Assembly: GCA_012962735.1 (NCBI GenBank) | Contig: DTXA01000513.1 | Location: 1 to 35,314, forward strand | Source: Candidatus Latescibacterota bacterium | GTDB lineage: Bacteria > Latescibacterota > 4484-107 > B68-G9 | Length of the DNA stretch: 35,314 bases | Direction of reading: 5' to 3' | Part shown: positions 25,326 through 34,011 of the stretch, one piece after another | How positions within the stretch are numbered: position 1 is the stretch's first letter | Layout of the letters: the number at the start of each line of letters is the position of its first letter | Made by a program: the position numbers and the translations under genes | The notes under the pieces: model-generated | What the model was told of the DNA's origin: nothing | Seen by the model: the letters and a program-made list of their open reading frames with translations, nothing else | Databases searched by the model: none

Positions 25326-26284
25326 CCTCCGTGCACCTCCAAGATGTCCCCGTCCTCGACCTCTAAATCCCTCGGGGCCCGCAGCCCATTGTACTGGTCC
25401 TTGCGCCAGATACGGGCATAACGGAAGTTCCGGGCCAGGTCCTTGTGGATGGCCGCTGCTAAGTCTAAGATAGTACTCCCCTTAGGTAGAACATAGGGTT
25501 TCTCCATGTCAGGCTTGTGGCCAGGTTCCTTGGTGTACACCCGCACCACCCCGAGCCTCTCGAATATTTCCCTCTTGAGCTCCTCGAGGCCATAGCCCGT
25601 CTCAGCTGAGACACAGACTAAGGGTAAGTCATCGCCTAAGGCGTCCTCGAGGGCCTCGGCCTTCTCGGGGGCGCCGACCGCGTCCCACATGTTGGCCACC
25701 AGGATACCGGGTTTAGCCCCTTCGCCCGTGAGTCGGACCCTGGCTTCCTCTAAGAGCCCCAGTGCCTCGAGGACCTGGTCCTCCGGATCGTCGTCGGAGA
25801 GGGAGACCACCACCAGCACCAGCTCGGAGGTGCGGATGAGGTGATACACCCATGGTTCGGTGACATCGGGGTGTAGGGGAGGAAGGTCCACGAGCTGGAC
25901 CTGGACGTCCTCGTATGGCATCATACCGGGGGTAGGGAGGAAGGTGGAGAAGGGATAGGGGGCCACCTGGGGCCTCGCCCTGGTCAGGGCCGCGAGGAGG
26001 CTGGATTTTCCGGTGTTCGGAGGGCCAGCCAACGTCGCCTGACCAGCCCCCTCCCGCTTTATGCGGTCTATGGGGGAGGAACGGGCCACCTTGGGCTTCT
26101 TCCGGGCCTCCCGGGAGAGCTGGGCAAGGCGGCGCCGGAGGTAGGCGTGAAGTTTCTCCGTGCCCTTGTGTTTGGGCATTACAGCCAGCATCTTCCGGAT
26201 GGCAGCTATCTTCTCCTGGGGCGTCCGAGCCTTCTGGAACTCCTCCTCCGCTTCGAAGTACTGAGGGGGTAGGTTGGCTGGCAT
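25322..26284 (-). CDS. DRG/Rbg-like (Obg-class) GTPase with a C-terminal TGS domain; G3/G4 are non-canonical
   Basis: A DRG-type N-terminal helix (ARTPQEKIAAIRKMLAVMPKHKGTEKLHAYLRRRLAQL), G1 GPPNTGKS, G5-like VSAETG, and a C-terminal TGS-like segment. The expected DxxG reads DLPP and the expected NKxD reads NMWD. Confidence 0.7.
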   Translation of the reverse strand: MPANLPPQYFEAEEEFQKARTPQEKIAAIRKMLAVMPKHKGTEKLHAYLRRRLAQLSREARKKPKVARSSPIDRIKREGAGQATLAGPPNTGKSSLLAALTRARPQVAPYPFSTFLPTPGMMPYEDVQVQLVDLPPLHPDVTEPWVYHLIRTSELVLVVVSLSDDDPEDQVLEALGLLEEARVRLTGEGAKPGILVANMWDAVGAPEKAEALEDALGDDLPLVCVSAETGYGLEELKREIFERLGVVRVYTKEPGHKPDMEKPYVLPKGSTILDLAAAIHKDLARNFRYARIWRKDQYNGLRAPRDLEVEDGDILEVHGG

Positions 26285-26358
26285 ATTATTCTCTCCAAAG
26301 AACGATCGTTCGCTTTAGAGTGGCTTTTTCGGCCTAATATGGGCCAATTGATAAGAGA

Positions 26359-26383
26359 CCCCAAAGCGGAGAACTTTTCGGGG
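26359..26383 (-). repeat. Stem-loop leader module, shortened copy C
   Basis: Minus strand: TATTGGCCCCGAAAAGTTCTCCGCTTTGGGGTCTCTTAT, immediately after the aminotransferase stop. It shares GCCCCGAAAAGTTCT and TTTGGGG with copies A and B. A similar SD (TTTGGAGAGAATAATATG) sits at the GTPase start. Confidence 0.5.
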
Positions 26384-26392
26384 CCAATAGCT

Positions 26393-27523
26393 TCACTCCC
26401 GTGCCAGAACCTCCTGGGCTGCGGCTATTCCCTTCCCCATCGGAACCTTCCAGCCTACGTCCCTAAGGGCCCTTTCGAGGGCCGCCACGGCCGAGATGGC
26501 GTCGAAATCGTCCACATATCCCAGGTGTGTGATGCGGACCACCTTGCCGGAGAGTCCCTCCTGCCCGCCCGCGAAGGTAACCCCGTAAGCCTGGGCTGCC
26601 TTCAGCAGCGCCTTCCCGTCCACCCCTTCCGGGGCACGCACGATGGTGAGCACGTTGGATGGAGCCCGAGCGAAGAGCTCTAATCCCAAAGCCTGAACCG
26701 CCCTTCTAGTGGCCTCCGCATGTCGGGCGTGTCGGCGCCAGAGTGCCTCTAAGCCTATCTCCCGGATGGTCCTCAGGGACCGAGCAAGGCCCACGATCAG
26801 GGACACCGCAGGGGTGTATGGGGTCTGGCCCTTGGCCAGGGACGAGCGGGCCTTCCGAAGGTCCCAGTAGTACTTGGGGAGGTCGGAGCGCTTCACAGCC
26901 TCCCAGGCCTTTTCGCTCAGGGAGATGAAGGCCATGCCCGGAGGGAGCATCAGGCCCTTCTGGGAGCCGGTGAGCACCACGTCCACCCCCCACTCGTCCA
27001 TGGGCAGTGGATGCGCCCCCAGGGAGGATATGGCGTCCACTACAAGGAGGACACCCGCCTTCTTAGCCACCTCGGCCAGGGCCTTTACGTCGTGGAGGAC
27101 CCCGGTGGAGGTCTCGCTGTAGGTGGCGAAGACCACCTTGACCTCGGGGTGCTCTTTCAGGGCCCTCCCCACCTCCTCTGGGTCCACCGCATCCCCCCAT
27201 TCCACGTCCACGGGCACGCACCGTATCCCGTAAGCCTCGCACAGCTCCCCCCACCGCTCCCCGAACTTCCCACCACGTATCACCAAGGCCGTATCCTTCC
27301 GGGCAAGTAGGTTGACCACGGCCGTCTCCATAGCCCCGGTTCCGGAGGAGGTCAGAGTCAACACGGGGTTTTCGGTCTGGAAGAGGTACTTCAGGTCCTC
27401 CAGAACCTTTCCGAAGAGCTCTGCGAATGCCTTAGAACGGTGGTGTATTATAGGCCGTGCCATCTCCAACAACACTTCCTCCGGTACCGTAGTGGGTCCC
27501 GGGGTAAAGAGCCGCTGTTTCAT
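26393..27523 (-). CDS. Class V aminotransferase (serine-pyruvate / alanine-glyoxylate aminotransferase family)
   Basis: The N-terminus LFTPGPTTVPEEVL is the class V hallmark. Also present are SSGTGAMETAV and TGSQKGLMLPPG (the PLP Lys). Confidence 0.85.
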   Translation of the reverse strand: MKQRLFTPGPTTVPEEVLLEMARPIIHHRSKAFAELFGKVLEDLKYLFQTENPVLTLTSSGTGAMETAVVNLLARKDTALVIRGGKFGERWGELCEAYGIRCVPVDVEWGDAVDPEEVGRALKEHPEVKVVFATYSETSTGVLHDVKALAEVAKKAGVLLVVDAISSLGAHPLPMDEWGVDVVLTGSQKGLMLPPGMAFISLSEKAWEAVKRSDLPKYYWDLRKARSSLAKGQTPYTPAVSLIVGLARSLRTIREIGLEALWRRHARHAEATRRAVQALGLELFARAPSNVLTIVRAPEGVDGKALLKAAQAYGVTFAGGQEGLSGKVVRITHLGYVDDFDAISAVAALERALRDVGWKVPMGKGIAAAQEVLARE

Positions 27524-27571
27524 CTCACCTCCTTAAGATGTAAAGGGCTGTCTCTCAACTCCTGGATAACT

Positions 27572-28465
27572 TCATAATAGCTCCTCCCACACCCGCCCCC
27601 ATGCCTCTGAGAGCATCCGCTTGGCCCCGGCCAACACCAGGTCTGGGTCCTCGCCAGGCAGGGGCCGCACCTCGAGGCTCACGATCGGCGGGTCCTCCGG
27701 GTCCAGGAACCCCGCCTCCCCCAGGGCCCAGAGGAACTCGGTCACCTCCTCTACCCCGTTAGCCCCTCCCTCCAACCCGAGGCGGGGGTGCTTGTCACCG
27801 TAAGCCGGGTGGGATGGGTCGAGGACGCAGTTGCCCACGTGGACCTGAAGGAGGTATTCCCCAGCGGACTCCATCGCATCCCAGGGGTCCTCCCCCAGCA
27901 AAGGCAGGTGAGATAGGTCCACCAAAAGCCCCAAATTGGCCCGGTTGGTCCGCTCCACGACCTCCACGGCCTCCTCGGTGGGGCCTATCAGGGCCCTCTT
28001 TTCCACATCCCGGTCGAAGGTCTCCAGAGCCACCTCTATGCCATATCCCCAAGCGTAGTCGCACACCTCCCGGAGGGAGCAGACCAGCTGTTCTCGAGCC
28101 CGTTCCCGCTCCCCTTCCCCTGGGTCCGGTCCGGACATCACAGCCATCCGTCCAACCCCCAGCCTCCGGGCCCGGTCTACGTGCCCCTTGAGGAGGTCCA
28201 CCGCCCGCCTGCGCTCGGAGTTCTCTAAGGCGTTGGGGTTGACACCCTCGACCAGCACTGCCGGCTGGGCGCAGTACACCAAGGTCAACCCCGAGGTCTC
28301 GGCTATCTCCATCACCTGTCCCTCCTCTTCAGGCAGGGGGGGGACCTCCGCAACCGAGAAGAAGGGGTCCGCCGCTATTTTCCTAAGGGCCTCTGGAAAG
28401 GGAAGGTCGGGATAGACCATATTCACGACGACTCCCAAACGCATATACGTCGAAAGCGGCTCCAT
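27572..28465 (-). CDS. Sugar phosphate isomerase/epimerase (xylose isomerase-like TIM barrel) family protein
   Basis: The pattern of conserved E/D/H residues (ALETF, LLVDLSHL, HVGNC, SLEVRP) and the 297-aa length fit the AP_endonuc_2 / IolI-IolE-like fold. Confidence 0.65.
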   Translation of the reverse strand: MEPLSTYMRLGVVVNMVYPDLPFPEALRKIAADPFFSVAEVPPLPEEEGQVMEIAETSGLTLVYCAQPAVLVEGVNPNALENSERRRAVDLLKGHVDRARRLGVGRMAVMSGPDPGEGERERAREQLVCSLREVCDYAWGYGIEVALETFDRDVEKRALIGPTEEAVEVVERTNRANLGLLVDLSHLPLLGEDPWDAMESAGEYLLQVHVGNCVLDPSHPAYGDKHPRLGLEGGANGVEEVTEFLWALGEAGFLDPEDPPIVSLEVRPLPGEDPDLVLAGAKRMLSEAWGRVWEELL

Positions 28466-28476
28466 GTTCTCCTCCT

Positions 28477-29319
28477 TTAACGCCCGATACTCTTCTGGTA
28501 TTGCAGCCCCGCCTCCTCAACTATAGGCTCGACGTCCTTCAACCACCGGTGGGCCGGGTCGTCGTAGGGCAGGAGAATACGTTCCCTCCCGGCCAAGACC
28601 CAAAGGTAGCACAGTCGGTAGCCCGGCCCGGCGACAACTGGATGGTATCCCCTTGGAATCACGACGGTGTCCCCGTCCTCCACAACGTAGACCTCGTCCA
28701 CATCCCGGTCCTCCGTGTAGATGCGCTGGATCCCGAAGCCCTGGCGAGGCTTAACCTTGAAGAAGTAAACCTCCTCCATATCCGCCTCCTCCGGGGGGCG
28801 GTCGAAGTCGTGGCGGTGGGGGGGCGAGCTGGACCAGTTCCCAGGGGGGTTCACGGTCTCCCCTACAAGCAGGTGCTGCGCAGACACCTGCGGGCCCACG
28901 ATCTCCTTGACCTCCCTCCTCCAGTTCAACTTCCCCACCGAGCGGACCCGCACCTCCCCGGGGAAGATCAGCCTGGGAGGCCCCTCCCGGTCGGAGGGCG
29001 CCTTGCACACGGCCACCTCCACATCGCCCAGACCTACCACCCGCACCCGATGCCCCGGAGGTACGAAGACCGCATGGGCCTCCCCGGAGAACACGTCCTG
29101 CCTTTCCCCTATGCCCTCGTACGCCTCCACCCCTGCATAGACCGTGCACCTTCCCCCTAACACCACCAAGGCCGCCTCCTTACCCTCCGGACCCCACCGG
29201 TACTCCTCCCCATCCCTCAGCCTCAGCAGTCCGAACTCGATGAAATCGGTCCTGGGGTCCCCCTCGGGTACGACGGGCAGGAACCCGTATTCCTCCCTCC
29301 CCTTGATATGCCAGTCCAT
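28477..29319 (-). CDS. iolB: 5-deoxy-glucuronate isomerase (KduI/IolB family cupin)
   Basis: GNWSSSPPHRHD...PEEADMEEVYFFK..PRQGFGIQRIYT.DR.VDE...V.DGDTVVIPRGYHPVVAGPGY...YLWVLAG...DDPAHRWL closely follows the Bacillus subtilis IolB signature as I recall it. Confidence 0.85.
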   Translation of the reverse strand: MDWHIKGREEYGFLPVVPEGDPRTDFIEFGLLRLRDGEEYRWGPEGKEAALVVLGGRCTVYAGVEAYEGIGERQDVFSGEAHAVFVPPGHRVRVVGLGDVEVAVCKAPSDREGPPRLIFPGEVRVRSVGKLNWRREVKEIVGPQVSAQHLLVGETVNPPGNWSSSPPHRHDFDRPPEEADMEEVYFFKVKPRQGFGIQRIYTEDRDVDEVYVVEDGDTVVIPRGYHPVVAGPGYRLCYLWVLAGRERILLPYDDPAHRWLKDVEPIVEEAGLQYQKSIGR

Positions 29320-29337
29320 CTTACCTCCTCACCGACT

Positions 29338-30666
29338 CTATGCATTGCGGCCAGCCATAGCCCGGCGCACCCCCTTAAGCTTCTCCTGACATATACGGTA
29401 CACCAGCTCCGGCGGGTACCCATCGCCGAACCTACCTAAGTCCCTGGGCCTGTGCTCCTCGAATTCCCTCAACGCCATCTCGTACTCCCTGGCAGCCGGG
29501 CCAAGGAGACCTCCCTCCCGGTAGATGTCCCCTAAATACATCCTGGCCAGCACGTCCGGCCGCAGGAGGAGCACCCTCCGGAACTCCTCGGAAGCCCGGC
29601 CCGTCTCGCCCATCGCCTTGTAGATCAACCCCTTGAGGAAGTGGGCGTCCGCATATGTTGGGTCCTTCTTCAGGGCCTCCTCGCAGAGCCTGAGGGCCTC
29701 TCCGTGCCTCCCAGCATCTGCATGTCCCTCCGCCAGGCAGATGAGTTCGTCCGGGCTCTCCCCCGCATCCTGGAGCGGAGGCTTCGGCTTGGGCCTCTCG
29801 GCCATCCTCGGCTCTACAACCTCCCGCTTCCGGTAGGCCCAGGCGTCCCCGAGCCAAACCGGGCGGAATTTGTCGGTCAGAAACCTCAGGTTCTCGGAAT
29901 ATCCAACGAACAGATACCCCAGGTCATCCAGGCTCAGGTAGAAGTTGTGGATCACCCGCTTGGTCGACCTCAGCTTGAAGTAGATCGTCACGTTCCGGCA
30001 GAATATGATGTCCCACCCTTTCATCTTGGAGAGGGGATAGGGTTCGAAGATTAGGTTAAAGTACTCAAACCGCACCATTCCTTTGATCTCTTCCGAGACG
30101 TGGAACAGCCCTCCCCGTTCCTCGAAGTACCGTCTTCTGTACCTCTCCTCCAGCTCCTTAAGGGAGCGAGGCCTGTAGACTCCTCTCCTGGCGTCCCGCA
30201 GCGCCCTCTCGCTCACATCGGTCCCCAGTATCTCCACCTTCCACCGTCCAAGGTCGGGCAGTACGTCCCTCACCACCATGGCTATGGAATAGGGCTCCTC
30301 CCCAGTGGAACAACCGGCGCTCCATATGCGTATCGTGCGGGTGTCCCTCTTGTGCCTTGCGATCTCAGGAAGAACATGCGACCTAAGGGCTTCGAACTGG
30401 GCTCTGTCCCGGAAGAACCACGTCTCGTTCACCGTGAGGATGTCCAGAAGCCTGCGGAATTCCGCCTCACGGTCGGGCCCCCAGGTGAGTCGTTCGTAAT
30501 ACTCCCTGTATTCGGTCAACTCCAGCGCACTCATCCGGGACACGAGGGCGATGCGCAGCGCATCCCTCCTCTCCTCCCCGAAGTGAAGCCCACTGTTGCG
30601 CTCTATGAAGTCTCCGAACAGAGCGAACTCCTCATCGCTCAGGTCCGGCCTGATCTTCGGATACAT
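29338..30666 (-). CDS. cheR: Chemotaxis protein methyltransferase CheR with a C-terminal TPR extension
   Basis: VNETWFFRD and IWSAGCSTGEEPYSIAM SAM-binding motifs. The C-terminal roughly 130 aa are TPR-like (ALRLCEEALKKDPTYADAHFLKGLIYKAMGE...). Confidence 0.85.
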   Translation of the reverse strand: MYPKIRPDLSDEEFALFGDFIERNSGLHFGEERRDALRIALVSRMSALELTEYREYYERLTWGPDREAEFRRLLDILTVNETWFFRDRAQFEALRSHVLPEIARHKRDTRTIRIWSAGCSTGEEPYSIAMVVRDVLPDLGRWKVEILGTDVSERALRDARRGVYRPRSLKELEERYRRRYFEERGGLFHVSEEIKGMVRFEYFNLIFEPYPLSKMKGWDIIFCRNVTIYFKLRSTKRVIHNFYLSLDDLGYLFVGYSENLRFLTDKFRPVWLGDAWAYRKREVVEPRMAERPKPKPPLQDAGESPDELICLAEGHADAGRHGEALRLCEEALKKDPTYADAHFLKGLIYKAMGETGRASEEFRRVLLLRPDVLARMYLGDIYREGGLLGPAAREYEMALREFEEHRPRDLGRFGDGYPPELVYRICQEKLKGVRRAMAGRNA

Positions 30667-31684
30667 CGGAAACCTCTCGCACGGTTCGGACGAGCTCCTC
30701 TGCGATGCGCTCCAGGGGTATCACTTCATCCACTGCATCTAAGGCTATAGCAGCCTGAGGCATAGATGCGACCACGCAGGTGGAGGCCTCCTGGGCTATG
30801 GTCCTTCCGCCCCTGTCCCGTATCGCCTTGATCCCCCTGGCCCCGTCGTCCAGCATACCCGTCAGGATCACCCCCACCGCCCGAGGTCCTCGGGCCTCGG
30901 CCACAGAGGACAGCAGTATATCCGCTGAAGGACGGAACGCCCGCAGGGGGGGGCCATCCCTAAGGCGCACCCTCGCCCTCCCATCCACGGCCATATGGAC
31001 TCCGTCAGGGGCGAAAAGCACCACCCCAGGCGCCACCTCGTCTCCTTCCTCCCCCACCCTGACCTCCAGCGGACACCTCTCGTCTATGGAGGCCGCCAGC
31101 CCCTCTATGAACCCCTTGGCCATATGCTGCACCACCACAACCCCGGCCGGGAAGTCGGGAGGGAGCTCGGACAGGATATACGACAGGGCTGACGGCCCCC
31201 CAGTGGAGGACGCCACAGCCACTATGGGGCTCCCGGATGCGGGGGAGCGTCGAGGGGGTTTGACCCGCCTGCGGCGTGGGGTGGGTCTGACCCTACAGAG
31301 CACCTTCACCTGGCGGGCGAAACACAGTGCAGCCTCGGGGTGCCGCCTGGAGAGGAGGAGGGGGGGTTTGGGCAGGACGTCCAGGGCCCCGGCCTCTAAG
31401 GACCGCTTCAGCAACATCTCCTCGTCGTCGTATGAGGCGGTCACCATAACGATGGGGACGGAATGCTCCTGCAGGACCCTGCGGGCAGCTTCGAACCCGT
31501 CCATACCCCCCGGAAGCCGAATGTCCATAAGCACCACATCAGGTCGGAGCTTCATGACCTCGGCGACCGCCTCCTCCCCCCGTACGGCGAACCCCACCAC
31601 CCGGAACTCCGGGTCCACCTCGAGCGCCTCCTGTATCGCTCTCTGAGCCGTGCGAAGGTCGTCCACAACGAGGGCACGGATCAC
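30632..31684 (-). CDS. cheB: Protein-glutamate methylesterase CheB (REC plus methylesterase)
   Basis: REC domain with DVVLMDIRLPGGMDG. Esterase triad context: ASSTGGPSAL, VVVQHM, LTGMLDDGARG. It overlaps cheR by 35 nt. Confidence 0.9.
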   Translation of the reverse strand: MIRALVVDDLRTAQRAIQEALEVDPEFRVVGFAVRGEEAVAEVMKLRPDVVLMDIRLPGGMDGFEAARRVLQEHSVPIVMVTASYDDEEMLLKRSLEAGALDVLPKPPLLLSRRHPEAALCFARQVKVLCRVRPTPRRRRVKPPRRSPASGSPIVAVASSTGGPSALSYILSELPPDFPAGVVVVQHMAKGFIEGLAASIDERCPLEVRVGEEGDEVAPGVVLFAPDGVHMAVDGRARVRLRDGPPLRAFRPSADILLSSVAEARGPRAVGVILTGMLDDGARGIKAIRDRGGRTIAQEASTCVVASMPQAAIALDAVDEVIPLERIAEELVRTVREVSDVSEDQAGPER

Positions 31685-34011
31685 CTCCGCCTCCTGCCGA
31701 TCAAGAGACGCACTGTGTCTATCAAGTTCTCCCCCCGAAACCCGCTTTTCAGGATATACGCATCCGCTCCCGCCTCCAATCCTCTCCTCCTGTCCTCCTC
31801 CCTCACCATCGAGGTCACTATTACCACGGGAACGTCCATGTACCTCTCGTCCCCGCGGATGCGCTGGATCAGGGTGAACCCATCCATACGGGGCATTTGG
31901 ATGTCCGTAACCACCAGGTCGAAGGGCTTTTCGGCCAGTTTCCCGAGCGCCTCTTCGCCGTCGCTGGCCACCTCCACCTCAAATCCCGCACCCTCGAGCA
32001 GGCTCTTCTCCACCTGCTGGGTTACCAGTTGGTCCTCCACCAGGAGCACCCTCGGCCTGCGATGTCCGGGCTCAGGCTCCCCCTGGGCCCCTCTCCTGCC
32101 GGCCAGCCGCACCAGGGCCGACGGCTCTAAGATGGGGACCACTTCCCCGCTCCCTAAGACCGTGACTCCCGAGAGGAACGGGGTCCTGCGCAACAGGAAG
32201 GACCCGGGGGACTTCACCACCACCTCCTGCTCCCCCAAAACCTCCTCCACCCCGAGTGCCACCCAGCGTCCTTCCGTCCGGACCACAAGCGCCTGGGTGG
32301 GGTCATCACCTCCATTCCACCCCAAGGCCTCCATCAGGGAGATCAAGGGGATCAGATGGCCGCCTATGTAGATCGTCCTCCCACCGTCCTGGCGGTAGGC
32401 ATCGTCCTTCCGCAGTCGCACCGCCTGCTCCACCGCGTCCGCCGGCAGGGCCAAGGTCCTACCCCCAGTCTTCAACAGGAAGGCCGGGGCGGTGATCAAA
32501 GTGAGGGGGAAGTCCAGGACAAATTTGGTCCCCCTCCCCTTCCTCGTGGAAACCGAAACTCTTCCCTTGAGCCGCTCTACGTTTGTGCGCACGACGTCCA
32601 GCCCGATTCCTCTCCCGGAGACGTCGGTGACCGAGGTGCTCGTGCTGAACCCGGGCAGGAATATCAGCTCGCACGCTTCCTCAGAGGAAAGGGCATCTGC
32701 CTCCCGGTGGGAGAGCAGGCCTCGACGCACGGCCGTATCCTTCAGCTCTTCCGGATCCATCCCCCGGCCGTCGTCCTCCACCTCTATCAACACCCGTCCC
32801 TCCTGCTGACGGGCCGTGACCCGGACCGTGCCGGCTTCGGGCTTGCCGGACTTCCTCCGCTCTTCTTTGGGCTCTATCCCGTGGTCCAGAGCGTTGCGGA
32901 TGAGGTGGATAAGAGGGTCCCAGATTTGCTCTAAGATGCTCTTGTCCACCTCCACCTCTCCTCCCTCCTGCACAAGCTTCGCCTCCTTGCCGAACTGCTT
33001 AGCCAGGTCCCGGACGGCCCTGGGAAGCATGTGGAATACAGTTGAGACCGGCAACATTCTGGCACGCATTATGGTGTCCCGCAACTCGGAGAGGAGGAGG
33101 TGGACCCCCTCCAATCGGTCCCCGAATTGCCTGCAGAAGTCGTCCATACGAGCTGCGAGTTGGGGGGCTTCCGTCCTGAGGTCCGCCAGCGTCTCCTCTG
33201 CGTCCGCCTGGAGCTCGGAGAGGCCAAGGTGGTGCGTGAACAGCTCCTCTAAGAGGTTCAAGAGGGCGTCTAAAAGTTCGGTGCGCACCCGGACGGTCTC
33301 CCCCAGGGCCTCTTGGGGGACGGAGGGAGGCCTCGGGGGCGCCTCCTTCCGCCTCCCCCAGGAAAGGGCATCCAAGCTCCGGTTGATGGCGTCTAAGGCC
33401 TCTAAGACCCCATCTAACACTTCCTCCGAGAGTTCCCCTCGTCCCTCGCTGAGGTCCCGGAAGACCTCCTCGATCCCGTGCGCCAGAGAGCTTATTTCGG
33501 TAAGTCCCATAGTCATAGCAGAGCCCTTGAGGCTGTGAGCTCTGCGGAACACTTCTTGGAGGGCTTCCTCGTTCCCCGGCTCTTCCCTCAACCGCCCCAG
33601 CCCCGTGTTGATCCCCCCCAAATGTTCCCTCGCGGACTCCAAGAAGTCGGGGAGGAACTGGGCCAGCTCCCCAAGGTCCTCTTCGGTAGGGGGGAGCTTC
33701 TGGCCGGCGGCGGCCTTCAGGAGGGAGCCCACCACGTCCAGGTCCCGCAGGAAGGCCTCTAAGTGGCCGGAGTCCATGGCACCGCCCCGCTCCCATATGC
33801 CCTTCAATCTTCCCTCCATCTCGTGCACCAGGTTCACTGCTCGTCCGACCCCTAACATCCTTCCCAGCGCCTTCAAGTTGTGGAAACCCTGGGAGACCGA
33901 GCGCCGGAGCTCCTCGTCCTGAGGATCGAGAGAGAGGGCCAGAAGGTCCTCGTTGAGACGCTGTACCTGTTCCGATATGTCCTCCCGCACGAACTCATGG
34001 GACATCGGCAT
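31681..34011 (-). CDS. cheA: Hybrid chemotaxis histidine kinase CheA (two HPt, dimerisation/HATPase, CheW-like, and C-terminal REC domains)
   Basis: HPt-1 is FHNLKALGRMLG and HPt-2 is AHSLKGSAMTMG. N-box HLIRNALDHGIE, G1 DDGRGMD, G2 GRGIGLDVV, a CheW-like P5 domain, and REC DLVVTDIQMPRMDG. Confidence 0.9.
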   Translation of the reverse strand: MPMSHEFVREDISEQVQRLNEDLLALSLDPQDEELRRSVSQGFHNLKALGRMLGVGRAVNLVHEMEGRLKGIWERGGAMDSGHLEAFLRDLDVVGSLLKAAAGQKLPPTEEDLGELAQFLPDFLESAREHLGGINTGLGRLREEPGNEEALQEVFRRAHSLKGSAMTMGLTEISSLAHGIEEVFRDLSEGRGELSEEVLDGVLEALDAINRSLDALSWGRRKEAPPRPPSVPQEALGETVRVRTELLDALLNLLEELFTHHLGLSELQADAEETLADLRTEAPQLAARMDDFCRQFGDRLEGVHLLLSELRDTIMRARMLPVSTVFHMLPRAVRDLAKQFGKEAKLVQEGGEVEVDKSILEQIWDPLIHLIRNALDHGIEPKEERRKSGKPEAGTVRVTARQQEGRVLIEVEDDGRGMDPEELKDTAVRRGLLSHREADALSSEEACELIFLPGFSTSTSVTDVSGRGIGLDVVRTNVERLKGRVSVSTRKGRGTKFVLDFPLTLITAPAFLLKTGGRTLALPADAVEQAVRLRKDDAYRQDGGRTIYIGGHLIPLISLMEALGWNGGDDPTQALVVRTEGRWVALGVEEVLGEQEVVVKSPGSFLLRRTPFLSGVTVLGSGEVVPILEPSALVRLAGRRGAQGEPEPGHRRPRVLLVEDQLVTQQVEKSLLEGAGFEVEVASDGEEALGKLAEKPFDLVVTDIQMPRMDGFTLIQRIRGDERYMDVPVVIVTSMVREEDRRRGLEAGADAYILKSGFRGENLIDTVRLLIGRRRR

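Noticed and set aside
30780-33538. Several long plus-strand ORFs (30780-31646, 31463-32371, 32816-33538 and others)
   Set aside because: All are antisense to cheB/cheA, whose motifs are unambiguous. Their translations are low-complexity Ser/Pro/Arg/Thr strings.
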